The notes: a model not told the origin generated them from the sequence alone. DNA of 64,000 nt from an uncultured delta proteobacterium (GCA_963808235.1 CAWEEQ010000002.1:32001-96000); one strand, 5' to 3'; shown: positions 10,012-19,503, counted from the stretch's first letter. A program made the numbers and translations.

Positions 10012-10800
10012 CTACTCCTGCTTGACCAATAATCCGCGGCTGCGTGCCTTCTCGAAGATCCACATGAAGAATCCCACCGCAATGACGAAGTAGATCGCGT
10101 TAAGGCCGGCGCCCCACCAGAAATGGAGTGGCGAAAATCCTTTGCCGGCCAGAATGCTCCGCATCCCTTCGAACGAATGGGCGGTCGGCATCATCCACGC
10201 GACGTCCTGCAGCCATTTCGGCAAAGACGATATCGGATACAGCACGCACGACACCGGCATCAGCAGGCCCGCGAAACTCCACGCCAGCGCCTGGATTTTC
10301 GTCGTGTAGCGAAAGATCATGCCCGTGATCGCGATTCCCAGCGCCAGCGCGAAGAACAACAGGTTCGCCACATACGGGATGAAACTCGGCAGCCATGGAA
10401 AAATGTTGAACGAGTACGCCGCCCACGCGATTATCGACGCCGCGATTAGTCCGACCAGCACCTTCAAGATGCACACCGTGATAAGTCCGGCCATGTATTC
10501 CGCCAGCGTCAACGGCGTCGAGAACAGGTTAATGAGGTTGCGGCACCATAGCTCGTCGATGAAGCCGACCGCCATGTCGCGCTGAAACGAAAAGAAAGTG
10601 CCCCACAAGATGACGGCGCCGAGCAGACAGCTCACGACGTTGGGCTGCAATCGATTACCGTGCGCGAGGTAAATCGTGAAGAAGCCCCACACGATGATGT
10701 CGAGCACCGGCCACCAGACCATGTCGGTTACGCGATCGAAATTGCGCCGCGACTCATATATATGCCGCACGATCACGGCGTTGATGCGATGTAACTTCAT
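10012..10800 (-). CDS. ABC-2 type transporter permease
   Basis: Six hydrophobic segments, YPISSLPKWLQDVAWMMPTAH; overlaps ATPase stop. Confidence 0.9.
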   Translation of the reverse strand: MKLHRINAVIVRHIYESRRNFDRVTDMVWWPVLDIIVWGFFTIYLAHGNRLQPNVVSCLLGAVILWGTFFSFQRDMAVGFIDELWCRNLINLFSTPLTLAEYMAGLITVCILKVLVGLIAASIIAWAAYSFNIFPWLPSFIPYVANLLFFALALGIAITGMIFRYTTKIQALAWSFAGLLMPVSCVLYPISSLPKWLQDVAWMMPTAHSFEGMRSILAGKGFSPLHFWWGAGLNAIYFVIAVGFFMWIFEKARSRGLLVKQE

Positions 10801-11537
10801 GCTGCCTTGCCTTTGACCAGGCGCATGAAGACTTCCTCCAGCGCTGGTTCTTCGCGTTCCTCTTCGAGAATCGCTTGTGTGATTTCGATCGGACTGCCTG
10901 CCGCGATCACTTTTCCGTGATGCAGGAAAATAATCCGCTTACACATCCGCTCGACCTCGTCCATGTTGTGCGAGGTGTAGAGAATCGTCGTCCCCTTGTC
11001 TCGCTGCGCATCGAGCAGCGCGTTCTTCACCTGCCACGCCACTTCCGGATCGAGATACGCCGTCGGCTCGTCGAGCAGCAGCAGTTGCGGATCGTTCATG
11101 AACGCCTTGCACAATCCGACTCGCGTATTCTCACCGGACGAAAGACGTGAGACTGCCTTGTCGCGCAGCTTGGTGATTCCGAACCGCTCGAGCAATTCGT
11201 CGATGCGCTCGCGCGGCCGCGGCAGGTTGTAGATGCGCGCGAAGACCTTCAGGTTCTCGAGCACCGTCAGCCGGAACGGAAACGCGACGTACGGCGAGGT
11301 GAAGTTCATCCGCTCGAGGATTTCCCCGCGATGCGTCGCCATCGACTTCCCGAAGATGCTGATGCGGCCGGAGGTCGGCGTGATCAGCCCGAGGATCATG
11401 TGAATCGTCGTCGTTTTGCCGGCCCCGTTCGGGCCGAGCACTCCGATGATCTCGCCGCGCTCGATCCCGAAGCTCACGTTATCAACGGCGCGAAAGTCGC
11501 CGAACGTTTTCGTCAGATTTTCAATTTCTACCAGCAT
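10797..11537 (-). CDS. ABC transporter ATP-binding protein
   Basis: GPNGAGKT, LSSGE, LLLLDEPT, SHNM. Confidence 0.95.
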   Translation of the reverse strand: MLVEIENLTKTFGDFRAVDNVSFGIERGEIIGVLGPNGAGKTTTIHMILGLITPTSGRISIFGKSMATHRGEILERMNFTSPYVAFPFRLTVLENLKVFARIYNLPRPRERIDELLERFGITKLRDKAVSRLSSGENTRVGLCKAFMNDPQLLLLDEPTAYLDPEVAWQVKNALLDAQRDKGTTILYTSHNMDEVERMCKRIIFLHHGKVIAAGSPIEITQAILEEEREEPALEEVFMRLVKGKAA

Positions 11538-11576
11538 CGAATTTGCCTGCCTTTAACGCTTTCGCGTTTAGATCCC

Positions 11577-11624
11577 AAAAAACAAAACGGCCACGGGGTG
11601 TTTTCACTTTGCACCCGTGGCCGT
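11577..11624 (-). terminator. Intrinsic terminator in the 5' leader of the ABC operon (attenuator)
   Basis: ACGGCCACGGGTG-loop-CACCCCGTGGCCGT then TTTGTTTTTT, ~40 nt before ATG 11537. Confidence 0.85.
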
Positions 11625-11651
11625 CTGAAGCGTTCTTATTATGCTATTGAG

Positions 11652-11723
11652 TCAATGATGACCGAACGTCGCAGACACACCACCACGGGAGTTCTCCCGG
11701 GCCCTTTCGATATTCGGATTCAT
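11652..11723 (-). CDS. Putative attenuator leader peptide MNPNIERARENSRGGVSATFGHH
   Basis: ATG preceded by AGGAAAAGG; overlaps a sequence complementary to the terminator 5' arm. Confidence 0.6.
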   Translation of the reverse strand: MNPNIERARENSRGGVSATFGHH

Positions 11724-11848
11724 TCTGAGTGTGCCTTTTCCTGACGTTCGAACTATAACCTTGTAGCAGCTTGCACGTGTTGTGGCTATAGCCGCGAAAG
11801 GACGGCACTGGTTCAAGACCGACCAGGGCAAAGCTGGACTAGAATTTT

Positions 11849-12319
11849 GTGAAGACCGAGATTTTCTGGAGTTTCTGGTGGTTCACCGTGGCTTTCTGCG
11901 CTTCCAGCATCCTGAATATTCCGATGTATTTGATCGGTTTCCTGCTGCTCGGCAAGGCCGCATTTAAGACCGACGACACGAATAAAATCATGCTAATGGC
12001 AGGCCTGTGTGCGCTACAGTACATAGCAGTATCGGTCGGATTCGCCTTTGCGGAGCGATTTGCCTATCGCCAGAAGAATTCGGGCATGCTGGTGATCACC
12101 AGTATAATAACCTTTCCAGTGGGATTCATCAGCGGCATGTGGAACGCGCTTCTTTTCGACATTCCCAGTATGGAATCGTTAGCGATGTATCGTTGGTTTC
12201 AAAATATAGCGTTCATCTCGGTATTTCTCTTCCTACCCCTAACCGGCGCTGTCGGGCTGGTGTCCGCAGGGCACCTTCGCCGAAAGATCCGGAACTCGAA
12301 TCCGTCCGCGTCAAACTGA
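11849..12319 (+). CDS. Hypothetical four-TM membrane protein, AT-richer than neighbours
   Basis: 156-aa hydrophobic ORF. Confidence 0.6.
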   Translation: MKTEIFWSFWWFTVAFCASSILNIPMYLIGFLLLGKAAFKTDDTNKIMLMAGLCALQYIAVSVGFAFAERFAYRQKNSGMLVITSIITFPVGFISGMWNALLFDIPSMESLAMYRWFQNIAFISVFLFLPLTGAVGLVSAGHLRRKIRNSNPSASN

Positions 12320-12342
12320 ACCAGTGCGTAAAGGAGCTATCG

Positions 12343-13131
12343 ATGGTGGAACCAAAATATGGCGACGTATCGGTAACGCTCGACGGTCACGTGGCGACGC
12401 TGGAGATTCACCGGCCGCCGCATAATTTTTTCGACTTCAATCTTATCCGCGATCTGGCCGACGCATTCGAGGCGCTCGACAAAGAGGCTGAATGCCGCGC
12501 GCTGATGCTCTGTTCGGAGGGCAAGTCATTTTGCGCGGGCGCGAACTTTGCGAATCGGGGCGCGAGCAGCGGCGAGGCTCCGCCGCGCGCCGGCGAAAAT
12601 CCGCTATACGTCGAGGGAGTGCGATTGTTCCGATGCAGCAAGCCCGTGGTTGCCGCAGTGCAGGGAGCCGCAATCGGCGGAGGATTCGGACTGGCTCTGG
12701 TAGCGGACTTCCGGGTGGCGACGGCGGAGGCGCGGTTCGCGGCGAACTTCGTCAAGCTGGGAATCCATCCGGGGTTCGGACTCACGTACACGTTGCCGCG
12801 ATTGATCGGCGCGCAGAAGGCCGCGCTGATGTTCTACACGGGTCGGCGCATCAGCGGTGAAGAAGCGCTCGCATGGGGACTGTGCGATTTCGTCGCGGAG
12901 CCGGATAATCTGCGCAAGGTCGCGAATGCGCTCGCGATGGAAATAGCCGAAGGTGCGCCACTCGCACTATTGTCGACTCGAGCAACGATGCGTCAAGGGC
13001 TAGCCGATGCGGTCAAAGCGCAGACCGATCACGAGTTCAAGGAACAGTCGCGGCTGTTCCTCACCGAGGATCATCGCGAAGGTGTGAAGGCGGTCAGCGA
13101 GCGGAGGCCGGGCAAATTCGTCGGCAGGTGA
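12343..13131 (+). CDS. Enoyl-CoA hydratase/isomerase family protein
   Basis: AAGGAG RBS; FCAGAN, KPVVAAVQGAAIGGG, LGIHPGFG. Confidence 0.92.
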   Translation: MVEPKYGDVSVTLDGHVATLEIHRPPHNFFDFNLIRDLADAFEALDKEAECRALMLCSEGKSFCAGANFANRGASSGEAPPRAGENPLYVEGVRLFRCSKPVVAAVQGAAIGGGFGLALVADFRVATAEARFAANFVKLGIHPGFGLTYTLPRLIGAQKAALMFYTGRRISGEEALAWGLCDFVAEPDNLRKVANALAMEIAEGAPLALLSTRATMRQGLADAVKAQTDHEFKEQSRLFLTEDHREGVKAVSERRPGKFVGR

Positions 13132-13140
13132 CTAAGACGA

Positions 13141-13168
13141 GGGGCAGTCCGGTTTTCCGAACTGCCCC
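13141..13168. terminator. Hairpin between convergent genes
   Basis: GGGGCAGT...ACTGCCCC. Confidence 0.65.
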
Positions 13169-13194
13169 TTCACTTCAATCCTGCTTGGCGCTGA

Positions 13195-14277
13195 TCAAGC
13201 TGCTTCGGCTTTCACTCCGTTGAGCTTCTTCAATTCCGGCATCACGTCGCTCGCGAACAGGCGCAGGCTCTTTTCCGCGTCTTCGATCGGCATTCCGGCG
13301 TAACTGAACACGCCGGTGAAATGATCGGCGCCGACTTTCTGCCGGATTTCGTCGATCTTGTTGAAGCACATCTCGGGCGTGCCCCAGACCTGGAGGCTCA
13401 GGAAGTACTCGATCGACGCGCTCGCGTTGCCTTTCAGCGCCTTCGCCATCTGCTCGTAATACTCATATCCCTTGGCCTTGCCGAAATTCTCGCTCGCCAT
13501 CTCATAGTGCCGTAGCGCGGTGTCCCAGTAGCCGCCGATATATTTGACCGCCATCTCGCGCGCGCGATCGGCGCTCTTGTCGCAGAAGGTCCATCCCGCC
13601 GCGATCGTCGGCAGCGGCTCGCCGCCGTTTACCTGCTTGTAGATAGTGCGATACTCGCCGAGTTCCTGCGCGACGGCTTCCCACGGCTTCTGCGGAATGA
13701 TCAGGATGCCGATGCCGAGCTTCGCCATGATGCGCGAGGACTCGGGCGAGACCGCGGCGGCATAGGTGCGGCCCTTGAACGACTTAAACGGTTTGGGCCG
13801 GATGTCACGGCGCGGCTGCTTGATGAACTTGCCGTCGTATTCGCAGTAGCCCTTCTCGAGTCCCTCAATAATCATCTCGGCAGATTCGATAAAGCGCTCG
13901 CGCGATTCGCCGAGAGGAACGCGGAAGCCTTCAAACTCGATGCGCGCGAGACCGCGGCCGAGTCCGAGAATCATGCGTCCGTTCGACAGGTGATCGACCA
14001 CCGACACCTGTTCTGCCACCCGCATCGGGTCATGCCACGGCAGCACCACGACCATCGAGCCGAGCTGGATGGTTTTGGTGCGGCCGGCGTAGTAGGTCAG
14101 GAACTGAAGCACGTCGGGGCACATCGTGTAGTCGTCGAAGTGATGCTCGACGCTCCAGAGAGAGTCGAATCCGAGCGGTTCATAGAGATCGCCGATTCGA
14201 GCATCTTCCTGATAAACGTCGTAGTCGGAACGTTTGTTGAATGGATTCTGAAAAATGACTGCGCCACCAACTTTCAT
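13195..14277 (-). CDS. LLM class (luciferase-like) flavin-dependent oxidoreductase
   Basis: LGFDSLWSVEHHF, PWHDPMRVAEQ, LSNGRMILGLGRG; start MKVGG after GAGGA. Confidence 0.92.
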   Translation of the reverse strand: MKVGGAVIFQNPFNKRSDYDVYQEDARIGDLYEPLGFDSLWSVEHHFDDYTMCPDVLQFLTYYAGRTKTIQLGSMVVVLPWHDPMRVAEQVSVVDHLSNGRMILGLGRGLARIEFEGFRVPLGESRERFIESAEMIIEGLEKGYCEYDGKFIKQPRRDIRPKPFKSFKGRTYAAAVSPESSRIMAKLGIGILIIPQKPWEAVAQELGEYRTIYKQVNGGEPLPTIAAGWTFCDKSADRAREMAVKYIGGYWDTALRHYEMASENFGKAKGYEYYEQMAKALKGNASASIEYFLSLQVWGTPEMCFNKIDEIRQKVGADHFTGVFSYAGMPIEDAEKSLRLFASDVMPELKKLNGVKAEAA

Positions 14278-14489
14278 CGGGAGATCCTCCGCGAGGGCAG
14301 GTTTTCGGTCGTCCTTGTGGACGTACCGCGTCCCGCGCTTCAATAAGATTCCATACCAATCGTTCAGGAAGATTGCAAAGTGGAGACCATTGCATAACCG
14401 GATGAAGCAGCATCCCCTCTCCCGACGGAGACCTTTGCATAACCGGCTGTTGGGGCCGGCGCTACTGCGCCGGCGCGGTCTTTTCTTTG

Positions 14490-14520
14490 TGTCATTCTAG
14501 AGCGAAGCGAAGAATCCCGG
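14490..14520 (+). repeat. Remnant of a REP-like intergenic palindrome
   Basis: tgtcattctagagcgaagcgaagaatcc resembles the widespread GTCATTCTGAGCG...GAAGAATC repeat class; single copy here. Confidence 0.4.
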
Positions 14521-14672
14521 ATCTTTTCCAATGCTCATCACACTACGCCCTGCTCACCTCCATCGACGTGCTTGCCTGCGCGCCCTACGCCTCTCGCTTC
14601 GGATGCGACAGTCCGCGGCGCGCTCGCGAGCCCTCGCGGCTGCGAACTAATTCCGAGTCTCAGGAGATCCAG

Positions 14673-15830
14673 ATGCGACGAGATATTTTCAGCGAAGAAC
14701 ACGAGATGTTCCGTGCCCAGGTGCGCCGCTTTGTCGATACCGAAATCGAACCGAAGGTGCCCGAATGGAACCGCGCCGGGATGAGCGATCGCGCGAGCTG
14801 GCGTAAAATGGGCGAAGCCGGCTTTCTCGGCGCAAACGCGCCCGCGGAATACGGCGGCGCCGGCGTCGATTTCATCTACGACGCGATCGTGATGGAAGAA
14901 CTGGCGCGGGTGCGCGCGCACGGACTCATGATGTCGCTGCATTCAGACATCTGCATGCCGTACATCACGACCTTCGGCAATTCAGAACAGAAGCGCCGTT
15001 ACATCCCCGGCGCGATCGCGGGCGAAGTAATCCTCGCGATCGCGATGACCGAGCCGGGCACCGGCTCCGATCTTGCTGCCGTTCAAACCACCGCGCGCCG
15101 CGACGGCGATCACTATGTGCTGAACGGTTCGAAGACTTTCATCTCTAACGGACAAATTGCCGACCTGGTAATCGTAGTCTGCAAGACCGATCCCAAAGCG
15201 AATCCGCCGCACAAAGGCGTCAGCTTGATCCTGGTGGATGCGACCAGCCCCGGGTTCGTGCGCGGGCGCAAGCTCGACAAGCTCGGGCTTCGCGGCCAGG
15301 ACACCAGCGAGCTGTTCTTCGAGGATTGTCGCGTCCCGGCCGGCAACCTGCTCGGAAAAGAAGGGTCGGGATTCAAAATGCTGATGGAGAAGCTGCAGCA
15401 GGAGCGGCTTTGCGTCGGAGTCGCCTCGATGGCGAGTTGCCGGCGCACGCTCGAGGACACGGTCGCCTACTGCAAAAATCGGCGCGCATTCGGGCAGCCG
15501 ATCGCCGAGTTCCAGAATACGCAATTCAAGCTCGCCGAGATGATGACCGAAGTCGAAGTGGGGCAGGCATTCGTCGATCGGCTGCTGACGGCGCATGTCC
15601 GCGGCGACGAGATCGTGGCCGAGGTGAGCATGGCAAAATGGTGGACGACCGACCTGCAGAAAAAGATTTCGAGCCAATGCCTGCAACTACACGGCGGCTA
15701 CGGCTTCATGATGGAGTACCCCGTATCGACCGACTACGCCGACGCCGCAGTCCAATCGATCTACGCCGGCACCAACGAAATCATGAAGGTGATAATCGCG
15801 CGCCGAATGGGTTTGGATACGCGCAAATAG
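14673..15830 (+). CDS. Acyl-CoA dehydrogenase
   Basis: AMTEPGTGSDL, LNGSKTFISNG, QLHGGYG, IYAGTNEIM. Confidence 0.95.
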   Translation: MRRDIFSEEHEMFRAQVRRFVDTEIEPKVPEWNRAGMSDRASWRKMGEAGFLGANAPAEYGGAGVDFIYDAIVMEELARVRAHGLMMSLHSDICMPYITTFGNSEQKRRYIPGAIAGEVILAIAMTEPGTGSDLAAVQTTARRDGDHYVLNGSKTFISNGQIADLVIVVCKTDPKANPPHKGVSLILVDATSPGFVRGRKLDKLGLRGQDTSELFFEDCRVPAGNLLGKEGSGFKMLMEKLQQERLCVGVASMASCRRTLEDTVAYCKNRRAFGQPIAEFQNTQFKLAEMMTEVEVGQAFVDRLLTAHVRGDEIVAEVSMAKWWTTDLQKKISSQCLQLHGGYGFMMEYPVSTDYADAAVQSIYAGTNEIMKVIIARRMGLDTRK

Positions 15831-15868
15831 TGCAGACCGCCTTAGCGATGGTGTACATGGTATGCTTA

Positions 15869-15881
15869 GCGTAGTATACGC
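15869..15881. promoter_or_regulatory. Candidate HigA operator
   Basis: Palindrome GCGTA-GTA-TACGC just upstream of higB. Confidence 0.45.
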
Positions 15882-15887
15882 ACCGTA

Positions 15888-16166
15888 GTGATCAAGTCCT
15901 TTCGTTCAAAGGACACGAGGGCTTTGTTCGACGGCCGTCGCGTGTTGCGTTTTCAGAGCTTTGAGCGTGTCGCGGTGCGAAAGCTTGAGATGATTAACGG
16001 CGCAACCGCCCTTGCGGACTTGCAGGCAGTTCCCGGGAATCGATTGGAGCTGCTCCGAGGTAACAGAAAGGGCCAATACAGCATCCGGATCAATCAGCAA
16101 TGGCGAATCTGTTTCGTTTGGGCCGAAGGAAACGCACATGAAGTCGAGATTGTCGACTATCACTAG
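15888..16166 (+). CDS. higB: HigB (RelE/ParE family) toxin
   Basis: PGNRLELLRGNRKGQYSIRINQQWRICF...EIVDYH. Confidence 0.93.
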   Translation: MIKSFRSKDTRALFDGRRVLRFQSFERVAVRKLEMINGATALADLQAVPGNRLELLRGNRKGQYSIRINQQWRICFVWAEGNAHEVEIVDYH

Positions 16167-16181
16167 ATGAGGACACCACTT

Positions 16182-16493
16182 ATGGCACGGCAAAAGAGAG
16201 AGGTTCCGCCCGTCCATCCCGGCGAGATCCTGAGCGAGGAATTCTTGAAGCCGCTTGGACTCACCATGAATCAGCTGGCACTGGCGCTGCGCGTGCCTGC
16301 GAACAGGATCAACGCAATCGTGGCGGGCGACCGCGGTATTACCGCCGATACGGCGCTCAGGCTGGGCCGCTACTTCGGGACTTCGGCGCAGTTCTGGATC
16401 AACTTGCAGGCGCGATTCGATCTCGAGAGCACCAAGGACAAGCTCGCCGCGAAGATTGAACGCGAGGTTCAGCCGCGTGTGAGGGCAGCTTGA
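16182..16493 (+). CDS. higA: HigA antitoxin (HTH-XRE)
   Basis: HPGEILSEEFL, ITADTALRLGRYFGTSAQFWINLQ. Confidence 0.93.
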   Translation: MARQKREVPPVHPGEILSEEFLKPLGLTMNQLALALRVPANRINAIVAGDRGITADTALRLGRYFGTSAQFWINLQARFDLESTKDKLAAKIEREVQPRVRAA

Positions 16494-16507
16494 ACGAAGC
16501 GGCGCCG

Positions 16508-16783
16508 TTAGTAATTCACTTGCTGGTTCCGATCCCGACTTACATACCAGCACGGAGCGTAGCCCAGATGAGGGAATATCGAGTTGACGCACGTCTCGCT
16601 CATCGGGTCGCCGGGTTCGTAGTCGGTCTTGCCGCCCTTCTGAGGGACCGCGTAAATCGTGTTGATTTGCACGGCGCTCAAGGGGTCGTGGCGGAATTTA
16701 ACTGAGATAAAATCGCCGGCGTAGAGAATACATACCAATGCGATTGCGACTGTGGCTATTCGTTTGACTAGTGCGACGTTCAT
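16508..16783 (-). CDS. Small membrane-anchored hypothetical protein
   Basis: N-terminal TM; CVNSIFPHLGYAPCWY. Confidence 0.65.
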   Translation of the reverse strand: MNVALVKRIATVAIALVCILYAGDFISVKFRHDPLSAVQINTIYAVPQKGGKTDYEPGDPMSETCVNSIFPHLGYAPCWYVSRDRNQQVNY

Positions 16784-16794
16784 GGTAGTCGCGC

Positions 16795-16831
16795 GGAAAA
16801 GAAACGGCCGGCGTCGATCGCGCCGGCCGTT
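16795..16831 (-). terminator. Intrinsic terminator after thiolase
   Basis: AACGGCCGGCG-loop-CGCCGGCCGTT followed by TCTTTT. Confidence 0.75.
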
Positions 16832-16850
16832 AGGAATGACGAATGCGCGA

Positions 16851-18035
16851 TCAGCCGACCTGGCTGCCTACCACCGAGACGAAGCTGACGCATCGGCCCG
16901 GGGCGCCGCCCAGATTGTGGGTCAGCCCGACCTTTGGATTCTTGATTTGGCGCGGGCCCGCTTCGCCGCGCATCTGCAGCCACATCTCGTACATCATGCG
17001 CAGTCCCGACGCGCCGATCGGATGCCCGAACGACTTGAGCCCGCCGTCCGGATTCACCGGCAGCTTGCCCTCGAGATCGAAGAACCCATCCATCACGTCC
17101 TGCCATGCGGTCCCGCGCGGACTGAAGCCGAGATCCTCGTAGAGCACCAGCTCGGTCGGGGTGAAGCAGTCGTGCACCTCGGCCATGCTGATCTGCTCGC
17201 GAGGATTTGTGATCCCCGCCTGCGCGTATGCGTCTTTGGCGGTCGCGACGACTTCGCGGAAGCTGGTGAAATCGTAATCCTGCGACAGCGGTCCTTCCGC
17301 CGGTCCCGCGATGAACGAGAGCGCCTTTATGTAGATGGGATTCTTGCAGTACTTGTGCGCATCCTCGGCGCGCACCACGATCGCCGCAGCCGAGCCGTCC
17401 GACACACCCGAGCAATCCATGATTCCGAGCGGGTCGGCAATCTTTGGCGAGTTCTTGATCGTCTCGAGCGAAACTTCCTTCTGGAATTGCGCCTTGGGAT
17501 TTTTCGCGCCGTTCTTGTGATTCTTCCACGCGATGCGCGTCAGCACGTCCTTGCCCTTGTCGGGATCGAGTCCGTACTTCTTGAAATACGCGGGCGCCAG
17601 CAGCGAGAACGACGCCGGCGCGGTCATGCTGCCCTGGGTTCCGTCGTTGGGCGGATTGTTGATCACCAGTCCCGAGTAGCCCGAGTCTTTGAGTTTCTCG
17701 ACGCCAATCGCCATCGCGATATCGAACGCTCCCGACGCGACCGCATAGCAAGCCTGCCGGAGCGCCTCGGATCCGGTCGCGCACATGTTCTCGACGCGGG
17801 TCACGGGCTTGTACTGAATCTTGAGCGGCTCGGAGAGCGTCAGCCCCGAGACTCCCGAACCCATCGTGCCGAGCCAGTACGCATCGACGTCATCGGGCTG
17901 AAGGCCGGCCGACTCGTAAGCTTGGTAGGCGGCGTCGACCAAAAAATCTTCGGGGCCCTTGTCCCAATGCTCACCGAACTTGGTGCATCCCATCCCGATG
18001 ATTGCGACGCGGTCCTTGATTCCTCTGCTTGCCAT
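16851..18035 (-). CDS. Thiolase family protein (SCP2/PhlC/BbsB-like)
   Basis: VENMCATG, AEVHDCF, VNPDGGLKSFGHPIGASG, HNLGG. Confidence 0.92.
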   Translation of the reverse strand: MASRGIKDRVAIIGMGCTKFGEHWDKGPEDFLVDAAYQAYESAGLQPDDVDAYWLGTMGSGVSGLTLSEPLKIQYKPVTRVENMCATGSEALRQACYAVASGAFDIAMAIGVEKLKDSGYSGLVINNPPNDGTQGSMTAPASFSLLAPAYFKKYGLDPDKGKDVLTRIAWKNHKNGAKNPKAQFQKEVSLETIKNSPKIADPLGIMDCSGVSDGSAAAIVVRAEDAHKYCKNPIYIKALSFIAGPAEGPLSQDYDFTSFREVVATAKDAYAQAGITNPREQISMAEVHDCFTPTELVLYEDLGFSPRGTAWQDVMDGFFDLEGKLPVNPDGGLKSFGHPIGASGLRMMYEMWLQMRGEAGPRQIKNPKVGLTHNLGGAPGRCVSFVSVVGSQVG

Positions 18036-18053
18036 GAAAAATTCTCCTTGGCG

Positions 18054-19463
18054 TCAACGCCTCGGGCGCGCCTTCCAGAAATAGTTGTTAACCCCGTCAG
18101 CGGTAAAGAGCCGGCGAAACGTCATCTCGACTTCCTCGCCAATCGCGACTTTGTCCGGCTCGCAGTCGGTCATCTCGCACAGGAAGCGGCCGCCGCCGTC
18201 GAAGTCAATTACGACGTTAACAGTCGGCGGATTGAGAGAATAGGCGAGCCGGTCGATCGCGTAGGTCGCGATTTTGCCGATCCGATCCGCGAATCCATAC
18301 GGCTCCATCTTGCCGCGCTGATGGCATTTGACGCAGACCAGCTGCGGCGGAAGCTGCGGCGTCCCGCAATTGGTGCATCGCGAACCGACGAAGCCGAACT
18401 TCCACTTTTCGGAACGCATCATCGGCGGTCCCGCGGGCCGCTCCGGATCGGGTCGGCGCGGCGGCTCAGTCGGCAGAATCTCGCGCCACTTCAGATAGTT
18501 CGCGTAAGACACGTCGCCCTTCGATTCGATCATGCGGCCCACCGAATGGACCGGCTTGAAGTTTGCGGCCGCCGGCGTGACGCGGAGCAAGATAGCGTCG
18601 GCGCCGTCGGCTACCGTCGCCACGAGGATTCGGTCGCCCGGCTTCGCGGACGGCAGCGCCGCGGCGAGCATCAGGCCCGCGTGCGCGGCGCCGGTTTGTC
18701 CAATCGTCAACATAAACGAGTCGGAAAATTTCGCGGGATCGATCTTCATCGCGCGGGCGATTTCGTCGGCGGCGCGCGGGTTCGGAGTATCGAGAATCAC
18801 CTTGGCGAGATCTGTCGGCGCGACCTTGGCCTTCTCCAGCAGCGTCTTGATCACGGTGCCGAGCATCGGCGCATGCGCCTGCGTAAGCGTGAAGCGCTCT
18901 TCCCACGAATGCGCGAAACGCTCGCCCTGTGCGCGCCAGGTGTCGAGGAACTCGCGGGTGAGCGAGCTGCTCGCCTCGATTTCGGCAAGCACGTTGTCCG
19001 CGCCGAGCACGAATGCGACCGCGCCGTCGCCGGTCGTCTGCTCGGCTTTGCCCTCGGGCGCCGCGAGACGGCAATCGCCAATCGCGACGATCGCACGCTT
19101 CGCGCCTCCGCTGACAGCGTCGGCGCCTTGCAACAGCGCCGACAGTCCCGCGCGCACCGAGCCGGTCATATCCGAGGCGCGAATCTCCGCCGGGAGCATC
19201 GCGGCGGCGCCGATTACCGCGGCGCTCAGTTTCTCCGCGTAAGGCGGAGTCGTGGTTGCGAAGATTAGCGCCTGAATGTCGCCGGGCGGCGCCGACTTGA
19301 GCGCGTCGCGAACCGCCTCGACCGCCATCGAGACACTGTCTTCGTCGAAACTCGCGATCGCGCGCTCGCCCTTGCCGGCGAGTGTCCCAAGAACCGCCGC
19401 AATCGCCGATCGCTTCAGCCGCCGATACGGAACATATGAACCATAAGAAACAATTCCAGCCAT
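18054..19463 (-). CDS. HMG-CoA synthase-like domain fused to DUF35 Zn-ribbon/OB-fold
   Basis: GIVSYGSYVPYRRL, DEDSVSMAVEA, GDGAVAF; CTNCG...CVKC; NYFWKARP. Confidence 0.88.
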   Translation of the reverse strand: MAGIVSYGSYVPYRRLKRSAIAAVLGTLAGKGERAIASFDEDSVSMAVEAVRDALKSAPPGDIQALIFATTTPPYAEKLSAAVIGAAAMLPAEIRASDMTGSVRAGLSALLQGADAVSGGAKRAIVAIGDCRLAAPEGKAEQTTGDGAVAFVLGADNVLAEIEASSSLTREFLDTWRAQGERFAHSWEERFTLTQAHAPMLGTVIKTLLEKAKVAPTDLAKVILDTPNPRAADEIARAMKIDPAKFSDSFMLTIGQTGAAHAGLMLAAALPSAKPGDRILVATVADGADAILLRVTPAAANFKPVHSVGRMIESKGDVSYANYLKWREILPTEPPRRPDPERPAGPPMMRSEKWKFGFVGSRCTNCGTPQLPPQLVCVKCHQRGKMEPYGFADRIGKIATYAIDRLAYSLNPPTVNVVIDFDGGGRFLCEMTDCEPDKVAIGEEVEMTFRRLFTADGVNNYFWKARPRR

Positions 19464-19473
19464 GACCGGCATT

Positions 19474-19503
19474 AAAGGCCGAGCGAGCCGACGCGGTCAA
19501 CCG
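19474..19503. repeat. 30-bp direct repeat, copy 1 (copy 2 at 21190-21219)
   Basis: aaaggccgagcgagccgacgcggtcaaccg vs aaaggccgagcgagctgacgcggtcaactg, 28/30 identical. Confidence 0.92.

Noticed and set aside
11652-11660. His-His codons as a histidine-sensing attenuator
   Set aside because: Only two His at the very end; stalling there would cover the antiterminator, and downstream genes are not his genes
15888-16493. HigBA as a novel defence system
   Set aside because: Entirely canonical toxin-antitoxin pair
16752-19268. 838-aa plus-strand ORF
   Set aside because: GC-rich shadow of the thiolase and HMGS-DUF35 genes; no motifs
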